Source: an uncultured delta proteobacterium | Lineage (GTDB): Bacteria > Desulfobacterota > Syntrophia > Syntrophales > UBA2185 | Length of the DNA stretch: 64,000 nt | Direction of reading: 5' to 3' | NCBI GenBank assembly: GCA_963729715.1 | Contig: CAVSPA010000006.1 | Location: forward strand, 224,001 to 288,000 | In this document: positions 37,304 to 46,499 of the stretch, piece by piece | Layout of the letters: every line of letters begins with the position of its first letter | How positions within the stretch are numbered: position 1 is the first letter of the stretch | Made by a program: the position numbers and the translations under genes | Notes under the pieces: generated by a model | Told to the model about the DNA's origin: nothing | Database searches by the model: none | What the model saw: only the letters and a program-made list of their open reading frames with translations

Positions 37304-38595
37304 ATCCCCTCCAGCCGTTTTATAATATGAAGATAGGCGTTGTCGATCTCTCCGCCTCAAAGGCTGATGTCGTTCCTCTCGAGGAGGAGCAGGTGGGCAG
37401 GCATCTTGGCGGGGTCGCCATGAACAACGCCATCCTTGCTGGATTTCAGGATGATGCACTGGTCTTCGGTACCGGCCCTTTGACGGGAAGTTTCGCCCCC
37501 GCCTCGCCTCTCATGATCGCAACGTTTGCGTCTCCCATTTTCAACAGTACCTGCCACGTCCCCTTAATGTTCCGCACCGGACCGGACATGAAATTTTCCG
37601 GCGCTGATTATCTCGTGGTGAAAGGCACTGCGCCGGAACCATCCGTCCTCCATGTAAATCACGGAGTGGTCCGGATACTCCCCGCGGGGAATCTTCTGAA
37701 TCTACCTGTTCCCGAAGCGATCAGGGAATTGAAGAAAACATCGCCTGCCTTTCAGTCTTTAATTATAACAGGACCTGCGGCTGACCGCGGTATTTCCTAT
37801 GCGTCCCTCTCGATCGGTACAAATGGCAGCCTTGACAAAGCGCGTCTCGCAACGCTCATGGCCGCGAAGAACCTCAAGGGGATAATGTTGGGCGGCGGCG
37901 GAGGTCTTCCCTTCAACAGGGACAATCCTCTTCAGGGGAAGGAACTTGAAAAATTAATCTCGACGGATAAAAACTTCAAACGCAGGGGATTCTCATCCGT
38001 CCTGAAAAATGTGGAAGGCGGAAAAGACGCGGGAAGATTTCTTAAGGCGGATAGGAAAAAGGACATGGCCTGCTATCATTGCCCTTCGCCCTGCATGACC
38101 CATGTGAGATATGCAGGGCATGATCCGGGGAACAAGGAAATGCAAGAGTCAGAGGAGGGCTTGCTGCTTCTAGATCATACGGGGTGCATAGCTCTCGCCA
38201 AAAAGGTGTGTAAGAATATCCTGCCGATGCTGCGGGCCTGCCTGCACAATGGCCTTGATCCAACCGCCGTCGCAGAAATGCTCCCTCAGGGCCAGACGCT
38301 GCCGGATTACCTCAATGCCATGGACAAGATCATGTCTGACAACTCTCCTCGTACGCGAGACATTTCCCCAAAGCAATATCTTTTTGGAGGAGGCGTCCTT
38401 CCCATCCTGACGGGCGATTTATTTGAAAAGAGGGTTGGCCTCGCGATGATCATGGGTGTCTGTCCCATATTTCTCCTGCGGTTTCCGCAGATCACCGATG
38501 CCGCTCTCCTCTCCTTCATCTCTACAAGGGAAGAAGACTTAAAAACTTTGCAAGAGCATCTTTCCTCCGCAATAGCATCTCTCTTATCTGCATAA
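37300..38595 (+). CDS. Degenerate AOR-family paralogue (N-terminal domain recognisable)
   Basis: VVDLS, LGG, GTGPLTGS, SGADYLVVKG, MAAKNLKGI, CYHCPSPC; no EYE/HDPR; 431 aa versus 607 aa. Confidence 0.8.
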   Translation: MNPLQPFYNMKIGVVDLSASKADVVPLEEEQVGRHLGGVAMNNAILAGFQDDALVFGTGPLTGSFAPASPLMIATFASPIFNSTCHVPLMFRTGPDMKFSGADYLVVKGTAPEPSVLHVNHGVVRILPAGNLLNLPVPEAIRELKKTSPAFQSLIITGPAADRGISYASLSIGTNGSLDKARLATLMAAKNLKGIMLGGGGGLPFNRDNPLQGKELEKLISTDKNFKRRGFSSVLKNVEGGKDAGRFLKADRKKDMACYHCPSPCMTHVRYAGHDPGNKEMQESEEGLLLLDHTGCIALAKKVCKNILPMLRACLHNGLDPTAVAEMLPQGQTLPDYLNAMDKIMSDNSPRTRDISPKQYLFGGGVLPILTGDLFEKRVGLAMIMGVCPIFLLRFPQITDAALLSFISTREEDLKTLQEHLSSAIASLLSA

Positions 38596-38673
38596 TTTTC
38601 TAAACGGATGCAAACCTGCCCGCAAATCACGCTTCACCGCAGGTTCAATGACATGCATTCAACCCTGAAGCGG

Positions 38674-39768
38674 TTAACTTGCTGTTAAGGTCATGCGATA
38701 AACACTTAACGTCTTCTCCATCATGGTATCGATGCCGAACGCCGAATGGGCGGCTGCATAAGCTTTCTCTTTTACGGCCCCGTTGTGATTGTCCAATACA
38801 CTGAGGATTGTCTCAGAGAGACTTCTGGCATCTTCGGAACGGAATAAAAAGCCGGTTTCACCCTCCGATATGCTTTCCACATTGCCACCCTTGTTGCTTG
38901 CCACAACGAGCGTCTTCATTGCAAAGGCCTGGTAGATGACCTGGGACTGCGGTTCCAAGGGAGAGGAATTTACGATCAGATCGCTTGCCGCGATCACTTT
39001 TTCAACGTCTTTCCGAAAACCGGTCAGAATTACCTTATCCGGGTGACGAAGGGCTGCAAATTCTTCTTTGATCTCCTCGAAAAATTCCGGTTTCGTTGCA
39101 GAACCCACAATAAGAAAACGAACGTCCGGCCGGACGTCGGCAACGGAATCGACAGCGCGGATCAAATACTTCTGTCCTTTATCCGGACGGATCATGGCGA
39201 TTTCGCTGATCACCTTGGTGCTCTCCGGTATGTCGAGTTCCCTGCGAACACAGCTTCCGTCTATATCCGGCCTGAACCTGTTCAGGTCTATTCCCGTCGG
39301 TATCACGGAAATCTTATCCCGGTCTGCGACGCCGAAGCGGACGAGTTTATCGGCTATGCCCACGGAGACCACAATGACGCGATCGACCCCACAGCGCCAT
39401 AAATATTTATGAATGAGGTCCATCTTAAAGCTGTGCACATGCAGCGTGCGTAAAATGGGTATCCCGAGCATCATAACCCCGATAGCCGTGCTTATGGCAG
39501 TGGAGCTATGGCAGTCGAGGAGATGGATTTTTTCGCGCTTGATAAAACTCAGCAACTCAGAAACGGCACGCGGATTTACCGAACCTCTGAACGGGATAGG
39601 ATGTATAGGGAGACCGCGTTGAGTCGCTTCCTCATAGATTGCGGAATTCTCACGGGCGAGAAGCCACGCCGAATGGCCTTTACTCAGCAACCACTGGATC
39701 TGATCCAGGATGCGAAGCTCCTGACCCCCCATATTGTTAGAAGTTTCCAAGTGTGCAATCCGCAGCAT
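38674..39768 (-). CDS. Glycosyltransferase family 4
   Basis: GGQE, PTGID, KGQKYL, VVASNKGG, GETGFL. Confidence 0.9.
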   Translation of the reverse strand: MLRIAHLETSNNMGGQELRILDQIQWLLSKGHSAWLLARENSAIYEEATQRGLPIHPIPFRGSVNPRAVSELLSFIKREKIHLLDCHSSTAISTAIGVMMLGIPILRTLHVHSFKMDLIHKYLWRCGVDRVIVVSVGIADKLVRFGVADRDKISVIPTGIDLNRFRPDIDGSCVRRELDIPESTKVISEIAMIRPDKGQKYLIRAVDSVADVRPDVRFLIVGSATKPEFFEEIKEEFAALRHPDKVILTGFRKDVEKVIAASDLIVNSSPLEPQSQVIYQAFAMKTLVVASNKGGNVESISEGETGFLFRSEDARSLSETILSVLDNHNGAVKEKAYAAAHSAFGIDTMMEKTLSVYRMTLTAS

Positions 39769-39781
39769 ACAAACCTCTTTC

Positions 39782-40591
39782 TTATTGCATATTCGAGCTT
39801 AGGTTAGTCCACGATCCTGACCGCACCCCTCTGCCGGATCGTTTCCCTTTCTCCTTGTTGTCTGAGCCTTTTTCCTGCTCGCGTTTCTCCTCGGTTACGG
39901 CCACTTTATTGATTTTAAAAGTGCAAACATATTCATTTTTGAGATCGCCGATTTGCAGGGCGAGTATCACCTGAAAGGTTTTACCCAGGAAGGGTTCAGC
40001 CTTCGCTCTCAATTCTTCTGCGGTTCCCTTGATCTGAGCGGGCAGGAACGGCGCCCTCTTCCAGTAACCTTGTTCTTTGTTTGAACTTCCGCCGTAGCCC
40101 TCTTCCCGCTTGAAATAATCTGCCGGATGCACGAAATCGTCAAGAGCGCCTCTTGGAGCAACAGCCGTGGGAGGATGTGAATTGTTTCTATCTTCATAGC
40201 CGGCGCCGGAATGTATCAATCTGTGGCTCGCACCCTTTTCATCGATGAATCTCGCTTCATTCCACACGATTCTCAGTGGCCCATTCGTTTCATTATTGAG
40301 CTTAAAAATAATGTCATAAGCCGACGGAAGCCATTGAATTCTCACCTTCTCATCCTCAAAAGAAAATTTTGAAATTCCCTGCTCGACCGCTGCTTCAATT
40401 CTTAGCTCTCCCATCTTTTTGTCCCCGGTGGATTTTTCCACGGAGATCAGAGAAATATCGTAAGTTGCATTGGCGACTGTGTACATCTTCGGGGATGAAT
40501 CGGCCGAAGGTTTCGTTCGATACGAAGGCCCACAGCTTATTAAGGTCAAAAGAGTTAAAAGGGGAAGTAGATAATATAGATTTTTTCTCAT
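39782..40591 (-). CDS. Hypothetical lipoprotein
   Basis: MRKNLYYLLPLLTLLTLISC lipobox; start chosen at the second Met. Confidence 0.7.
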   Translation of the reverse strand: MRKNLYYLLPLLTLLTLISCGPSYRTKPSADSSPKMYTVANATYDISLISVEKSTGDKKMGELRIEAAVEQGISKFSFEDEKVRIQWLPSAYDIIFKLNNETNGPLRIVWNEARFIDEKGASHRLIHSGAGYEDRNNSHPPTAVAPRGALDDFVHPADYFKREEGYGGSSNKEQGYWKRAPFLPAQIKGTAEELRAKAEPFLGKTFQVILALQIGDLKNEYVCTFKINKVAVTEEKREQEKGSDNKEKGKRSGRGVRSGSWTNLSSNMQ

Positions 40592-40632
40592 AATGCCATG
40601 TCGATTTAGTACGAATTTTTTTTTGTCAATCA

Positions 40633-42327
40633 CTATTGAGTTTTCTCTTGCTTGCTCATCTTATAGGAGACAATAACACTTCTATCGGAAACAGACCCGC
40701 CCACCGACAGGACGAGGGCAAGCACTATCTCTTTCTGCCCGTCATTGTCGAGGTCCTTCAACTGGTAGTCGGCTACGTAGCCGCTGATCTTTCTTGTTTT
40801 CCAATTTTCAACAAGACCGAGACCATCCCATTCAAGGTCGTATATCTCACTTGATGTGAAAACCTTTACATTCTTGAGCACTCTTCCGACGGATGACAGG
40901 TTTTTCACGATAATAAGTTCCTTCTTGCCTTCTTTGCCGGTATCAAGAGTCAGAATTCTCGAATTAATGAAGGTAATTTTGTTTTCATTATCCGGCGAAA
41001 GATCATCATTTACTATCGCGGTGTTGCTTCCCCCGTAGTTGTCATCGCTTTTGTAGATTCGTTCAGGGCTTCCCCCTAGGCGCTGAAGACTCATGAGGGG
41101 TTTGTCCGTTGGTTCGTATATGGAAAGATAGTCATAATTATCAAGAGCTATTATCTTTTCACCTCCGCCGGTTCCGAGATTATCCATTGCGAGACCGTAG
41201 ACGGAAAGTCCCACGGGGATTTTCATCGTCTTTCCCTCTTTGTATTTTCCCTCCTCCCATATTATCTCATGTATGGGGTTGCTGAAGGGCGTCTCCATTC
41301 CCCTGGTCTGACCCAGCAGGATAGGCCCCGCAGGAGCGTCAATGACCCTCATGTACCAGGGCAGCTTTGAGGCGATCTCTACGAACTTTCCGTCCCTGTA
41401 TTCAAGGACAAAGGAATCAACCATATTTCGCGTCATGCTGGTGACGATGATTTCTTTAACGCCGTTTCTATTGATGTCAGCCACGTCGACGGCAAGAAAA
41501 TTTTGGGATGATTTCCCCGGTATCTTTTGAAGCAGGACAAAATCTTTGTCTTTCTTTTGGTATATCATGACGTTATGCGTATCGATAATGACGACTTTAT
41601 TCAGACCGTCACCCGTGACATCACCAATATCCATGCCCCTGAATTCGGTAGGAAATTTTTGACTCATCCAGAAACCTTTTCTATCGAGAGGCCTGGCAGA
41701 GGTTATGAAGTCAGGGTTGATGACAGAGGTGAAGGTGCCTTTCTTGCTCTTCTTCATCCCTCCGATGATCTCCGATTCACGGGAATCCTGCGGCGTCTGC
41801 TGCTGCTGCGGCGCCGGCGCTGACGCCTGCGGCGTGGCGAAGGACGGTGGGACAGTGCCGAGGATATTGTTGTCTATGTTACGGGCAAAGTCATTGATCT
41901 TCGCTATGACCTCGTCCATGCCCTGGCTCTGAGTAAAGAGACTTACCGTCGACTTGTTCGCAGCGATATCTACAAGCTTCCCGTCTATGCTTATACTATT
42001 GCCAAACTTTGTAATGCTTCCGTATACGACAAAATCGGCATTCATTTTTTTCCCGAGGCCGTAAATATCTTGAACGGCCAGATCCTTCCCTTCCTTTCCT
42101 TTCATCGCCTGCAGGACGGAATCCTTGCTGATGACCTCTATCTTGTCAGTGACGGCGATCCGGGAAGAGAGCATGTCCCAGATACCCTGTTTGACATAGT
42201 CAATGCTTTCTGCGCTGTGTACGGAAAATGGCAGCACAGCCACTGTTTTTTCACCTTTTGCCGCGAGCGCGCCGAATGCCGTAAACAAAAGAAGTAAACA
42301 TATCATCAGTTTTATAATGGTTTTCAT
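40633..42327 (-). CDS. Exported FG-GAP/VCBS-repeat protein with TolB-N-like domain
   Basis: Signal peptide; VAVLPF; GDVTGDG, ADINRNG, DLDNDG repeats. Confidence 0.85.
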   Translation of the reverse strand: MKTIIKLMICLLLLFTAFGALAAKGEKTVAVLPFSVHSAESIDYVKQGIWDMLSSRIAVTDKIEVISKDSVLQAMKGKEGKDLAVQDIYGLGKKMNADFVVYGSITKFGNSISIDGKLVDIAANKSTVSLFTQSQGMDEVIAKINDFARNIDNNILGTVPPSFATPQASAPAPQQQQTPQDSRESEIIGGMKKSKKGTFTSVINPDFITSARPLDRKGFWMSQKFPTEFRGMDIGDVTGDGLNKVVIIDTHNVMIYQKKDKDFVLLQKIPGKSSQNFLAVDVADINRNGVKEIIVTSMTRNMVDSFVLEYRDGKFVEIASKLPWYMRVIDAPAGPILLGQTRGMETPFSNPIHEIIWEEGKYKEGKTMKIPVGLSVYGLAMDNLGTGGGEKIIALDNYDYLSIYEPTDKPLMSLQRLGGSPERIYKSDDNYGGSNTAIVNDDLSPDNENKITFINSRILTLDTGKEGKKELIIVKNLSSVGRVLKNVKVFTSSEIYDLEWDGLGLVENWKTRKISGYVADYQLKDLDNDGQKEIVLALVLSVGGSVSDRSVIVSYKMSKQEKTQ

Positions 42328-42707
42328 AATTTCGCCTTCTGAGAGTCCTTCTTTATTGTTTTTTTGTTAACAACCAGCGTAACGTTCACTGCAATGTATT
42401 TACCTTCCTTCTTGATGAAGCTGACTTTTACTTTATCCCCGACCTCTATTTTCTCCGTTGGTTTATCGAGAATAAACTCTATCAATTCCACTTCTCCCTT
42501 AAGGGCACGCTCAACCACGATTGTCGTATCAGAGAGTCCTTTGACTACCCCGACAAAAGTCACCCTGGTCCTTTTCGCTGTTCTGACAACGGGTGCTTCG
42601 GACGAACCAACTTTGGCAGGAACTGTAGAAGATATTTTAGTGGCGAAGATGGAAATCAATAAAACAGCGATCGCTCCTGCTGTAGAAACCATCGTCAGAT
42701 GCTTCAT
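42324..42707 (-). CDS. Hypothetical exported OB-fold-like protein; 5' end cut by IS200
   Basis: MKHLTM...hydrophobic segment; IEVGDKVKV; its ATG is the IS target tetranucleotide. Confidence 0.65.
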   Translation of the reverse strand: MKHLTMVSTAGAIAVLLISIFATKISSTVPAKVGSSEAPVVRTAKRTRVTFVGVVKGLSDTTIVVERALKGEVELIEFILDKPTEKIEVGDKVKVSFIKKEGKYIAVNVTLVVNKKTIKKDSQKAKL

Positions 42708-43255
42708 GAAGAACAAACCCTGGATACCCCGTGCGGAAGCACGGGGAGGAAAGGGTTTCCTTTCTTTAAGAATTGAGTATAATACGTTGCATGACTCTCA
42801 AACGAATGAGCCATGCGGTTTATGATACGAGATACCATCTTGTATGGGCACCGAAGTATCGCGAGTGGATATTGAGGGAAAAGGTACGCGAAGCGGTAAA
42901 GGAATTGTTTCAAGAGATACTGGCAGCACGAGACTGTGAGATAGTGGAGATGGAGATAGCGGAGGATCATGTTCACATATTTACGAGTATACCACCCAGA
43001 TATTCTGTTGGAGAGATAGTGAGGATTCTGAAGAGCGTGAGTGCACGAGAAATCTTTGTGAGATATCCGGAGGTAAAGAGAGAGCTGTGGGGTGGAGAAT
43101 TTTGGGAAGATGGCTATTTTGTTAGGACAGTTGGAGACAAAGTAACCAGTGATACGATAAAGAAGTATATAGAATATCATAGGCATGAAGAAAAGGCTCC
43201 TAAGCAGTTGGATTTTGAGTTTTAATGCCCCGTGCGGAAGCACGGGGTTCTTTAC
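42708..43255 (+). mobile_element. IS200-group insertion sequence (tnpA only, 548 bp)
   Basis: Identical subterminal hairpins CCCCGTGCGGAAGCACGGGG at 42727-42746 and 43228-43247; guide/cleavage pairs GATA/TCAT (left) and AATG/TTAC (right). Confidence 0.9.
42791..43225 (+). CDS. tnpA: IS200/IS605 Y1 transposase
   Basis: YHLVWAPKYR, DHVH (HuH), FWEDGYF, KYIE catalytic Tyr. Confidence 0.96.
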   Translation: MTLKRMSHAVYDTRYHLVWAPKYREWILREKVREAVKELFQEILAARDCEIVEMEIAEDHVHIFTSIPPRYSVGEIVRILKSVSAREIFVRYPEVKRELWGGEFWEDGYFVRTVGDKVTSDTIKKYIEYHRHEEKAPKQLDFEF

Positions 43256-43595
43256 TCTCGGCGCCATCTTTTCCGATATTTTAAAAGTGAATTTGGAAAA
43301 ATTTATACGTCATCCCCGGGGCATCTTCAAACAAGGGAATCATTGAGTGAACAGCAAGAAATGTACCGGGCGGAATGCTGTATGCTAAGCGTCGAATATA
43401 GCTGAATATTATCTCATAGACGCCGGGACGTCTCAAGCGACAGTGGATAAAATGTATCCGATTTAAGTATCCAGTTGATTAAAAAATATCCAGTCCAATT
43501 GCCTGATTAATATTTTGCTCTTAAGCTACTGGAGATCAATCAGATGATCCATTTTCCGACGTGGTTCAAGTCAGCATGAAAGCGAGATTGTTTGT

Positions 43596-43622
43596 TAAAG
43601 TTTTTTTTAAAATCGCCGATAC
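43596..43622 (+). promoter_or_regulatory. Sigma28 (FliA)-type promoter
   Basis: TAAA-N15-GCCGATAC, 24 nt before ATG 43647. Confidence 0.75.
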
Positions 43623-43646
43623 AATTAAAAAAGGGTATGACAACAC

Positions 43647-44195
43647 ATGTCAAGCATCTCCGGATTAAATACCAGCAATATATATAATCTATTATCTTCC
43701 TCGCAAAGCAGTTCCCAGACATCGAACTCAACAGCTTCCAAGTCTGCGACTGTTTCACAACCTGCGTCTTCATCTTCAAACAATTTAAAGGACATGGTTA
43801 ATCTGATTCTTACGCAAAGCAGCGAATCATTAATTCAGTCCTTGTTTGAGCCAAAGTCGTCTCAGGATTTTACGAGCCTTCTGGAAACTTCTGAAACATT
43901 GAATGCAGTGACAAAGACCAATTTACTTGCGTCCAATTCCCAACTTGCAGAAGCTCTACTCGGTGAGACATTATCATCCACTCCCCTTGAAACTACTGCC
44001 GCGTCTCCTGATTCCACTTCGCAGTCCACGGCGTCTTCAGACATTGCATTGAATCTCTTGGATGCCATAGAGCAGACAAATTCTTCTCAGACGAATACTG
44101 ATCAGACACAAACCCTTCTCCAAATGTTGCAGTCCAACAACACAGATGCAACATCATCCAACTCCCTCGGCTCAATACTGGATTTGATTGCCTGA
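43647..44195 (+). CDS. Ser/Thr-rich low-complexity hypothetical protein
   Basis: MSSISG start, no Sec signal, C-terminal LGSILDLIA. Confidence 0.7.
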   Translation: MSSISGLNTSNIYNLLSSSQSSSQTSNSTASKSATVSQPASSSSNNLKDMVNLILTQSSESLIQSLFEPKSSQDFTSLLETSETLNAVTKTNLLASNSQLAEALLGETLSSTPLETTAASPDSTSQSTASSDIALNLLDAIEQTNSSQTNTDQTQTLLQMLQSNNTDATSSNSLGSILDLIA

Positions 44196-44445
44196 ACACA
44201 GCCAAACATTTCCCGTGCCCTCACGTCGTATCACACCTTATTCCGACGACAACGGTTGCTCGACCGTCCGATTATATTCCTTTCAAGAAATCCTGATTGG
44301 CCTTTAGGAAAATTTTACCGGCTGCAGACTCTGGGTTAACATTTATTTCCCGATGGTCCTCGGGAGCGCAATTCATCACCACAAAGGTATTCCGTAAACC
44401 ACCGTGGAATCAAGATGTTGGCAGCATCATTTGGCCTGCCTGCTC

Positions 44446-44461
44446 TGGCATAGGGCTTGCT
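44446..44461 (+). promoter_or_regulatory. Sigma54 -24/-12 promoter
   Basis: TGGCAT-AGGGC-TTGCT. Confidence 0.75.
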
Positions 44462-44529
44462 ACCAGCAAGCGTGACGAAGACCGTAGCAGGAGAAAGGAA
44501 ACGGCATATTTAGATTAAGGAGGACTATC

Positions 44530-45000
44530 ATGACAGTATCAGGAATATCCACAGGCACCGATCTTAACCAGACTAGCAGCGCACAAACGAAATTCAAGCA
44601 AGTTAAGTATGATTATCAGCTGCTCGGTCAGGCTTTGCAGTCGGGTGACCTGAATGCAGCCCAACAGGCATTCGCGGCGCTCCAGCAATTGATACCCAAT
44701 TTATCGTCCGGCAGTCAGGCGCAGAACGGACAGCAAGGCAGCAGCCAAAATCCGCTTCTCGGTGATCTCAATGCGATCGGTAAGGCGCTCCAATCAGGAG
44801 ATCTGTCAGCAGCAAAGTCTGCTTTTGCAAAACTGCAGCAGGATGTCCAGTCGGTATCTCATAAGGGACATCATCATCGTCATCCTAAAACGGGCGGCGC
44901 TCAGACTGCACTCGCAAGCTTTCTCGACAATTACAACCAGACTAATGGAACCAGCAGCACCTCTCCATCTATTGGCCGGAACATTAATATAACGACGTGA
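44530..45000 (+). CDS. Gln-rich hypothetical protein with two ALQSGDL repeats and a His cluster
   Basis: AAGGAGG SD; LGQALQSGDLNAAQQAF / IGKALQSGDLSAAKSAF; HKGHHHRH; C-terminal IGRNINITT. Confidence 0.82.
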   Translation: MTVSGISTGTDLNQTSSAQTKFKQVKYDYQLLGQALQSGDLNAAQQAFAALQQLIPNLSSGSQAQNGQQGSSQNPLLGDLNAIGKALQSGDLSAAKSAFAKLQQDVQSVSHKGHHHRHPKTGGAQTALASFLDNYNQTNGTSSTSPSIGRNINITT

Positions 45001-45047
45001 AATAAAAAGAGTCTGTGCCAGGGAGCAAAGCATATCGCGTAGATCGG

Positions 45048-46121
45048 CTACTTTGCCATCAGGCGCATCTTGCCGACGATCGCATCAGTGACATCCTTTG
45101 TTTTTGCCGTGCCTCCCAAATCCGGCGTCAGCACACGGCCCTCCGCCGTCACGGCCTTGATCGCGGAATCTATCAACTTTGCCGTTTCCTTGTGGCCTAA
45201 GAAATCGAGCATCATCGCGCCGCACCAAATCATCGCGATCGGGTTCGCGATACCTTTACCCATGATGTCGGGCGCGGAGCCATGCACCGGCTCGAACATC
45301 GATGGATAATCACGTTCAGGATTGATGTTACCGCTGGGCGCAATCCCCAAGCTGCTGCTGATTGCTGCAGCGATGTCGGTGAGAATGTCGCCAAACAAAT
45401 TCGACGCGACAACCACATCGAGCGATTCCGGATGCGAAATGAACCGCGCCGCGAGTGCATCGATCAACACACGCTCGACAGCCACATCCGGAAATTCCCG
45501 GCCCACCTCGGTCACCACTTCGTCCCAGAACGTGAATGAATGCTGCTGTGCATTCGATTTTGTTGCACTCACCAGTTTCTTACGACGGCCCTGTGCAAGC
45601 CTGTATGCGTACCGCGCGACGCGCGAGACGCCGACTCGCGAGAACACGGACGTTTCTACTGCGATCTCGATGGGCAAGCCGCGGTGTGCACGGCCGCCCG
45701 CACCAGTGTACTCGCCTTCGGTGTTTTCACGAATGACGATGAAATCAATGTCGCCGGCTTTTTTGTTTGCGAGCGGCGTCTTCACGCCGGGCAGGAGCTC
45801 GGTCGGGCGATAGCAAACGTACTGTTCGAACCCCTGGCAAATCGGCAGGCGCAGGCCGCGCAGGGAAATGTGGTCGGGCACCGCAGGGGAGCCGACCGCG
45901 CCGAAATAAATCGCGTCGAATTGTTTGAGGAGCTTGAGGCCATCATCCGCCATCATCTTGCCGTGCTTGAGATAATAGTTGCAGCCGTATGGAAAATACT
46001 CGTATTTGAATTTGCACTCTCCGATCAAGTCACCTGCGACATCCAACGCCTTCACCCCCTCGGGAATGACTTCTTCTCCGATCCCATCTGCCGGAATGAC
46101 GGCAATGTTGTGGTCCTTCAT
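45048..46121 (-). CDS. Tartrate dehydrogenase / D-malate dehydrogenase (decarboxylating)
   Basis: [50 protein letters not shown]. Confidence 0.9.
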   Translation of the reverse strand: MKDHNIAVIPADGIGEEVIPEGVKALDVAGDLIGECKFKYEYFPYGCNYYLKHGKMMADDGLKLLKQFDAIYFGAVGSPAVPDHISLRGLRLPICQGFEQYVCYRPTELLPGVKTPLANKKAGDIDFIVIRENTEGEYTGAGGRAHRGLPIEIAVETSVFSRVGVSRVARYAYRLAQGRRKKLVSATKSNAQQHSFTFWDEVVTEVGREFPDVAVERVLIDALAARFISHPESLDVVVASNLFGDILTDIAAAISSSLGIAPSGNINPERDYPSMFEPVHGSAPDIMGKGIANPIAMIWCGAMMLDFLGHKETAKLIDSAIKAVTAEGRVLTPDLGGTAKTKDVTDAIVGKMRLMAK

Positions 46122-46499
46122 TTTTTGACTTACCTTCAAGATATGGATTTAATCCCGCTAGGATCGAGCCTGCCGTTTGTGATCTTGCGTGTATTGATCA
46201 ACTGTTTTCCGGAATGCGGGTCATTGTCAAGAACAAAATGGGATCGACAATGTTTTCTTTTTCCTTATTGATTGAAGTTCTGAATATCCGTCTTAAACAA
46301 AATGGAAGATTTCAATCGTCATTTGTGATATTTGCGAGGGAGTTAAGAACGATATTCCATAGTCAAAATTACCCTGCAAGCATCGGTAGCATCATGATTA
46401 TGATCACAACCCCCTTTTTCTAGGGTGTGAGAAAAGTTTTTCCACATATAGTAATAGTTTCATCTGCAAGATCCACCTGGTTGAAAAGAGGACGTTGTT

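Noticed and set aside
43445..43495. Three TATCC direct repeats
   Set aside because: Irregular spacing (13 and 19 nt) in AT-rich DNA
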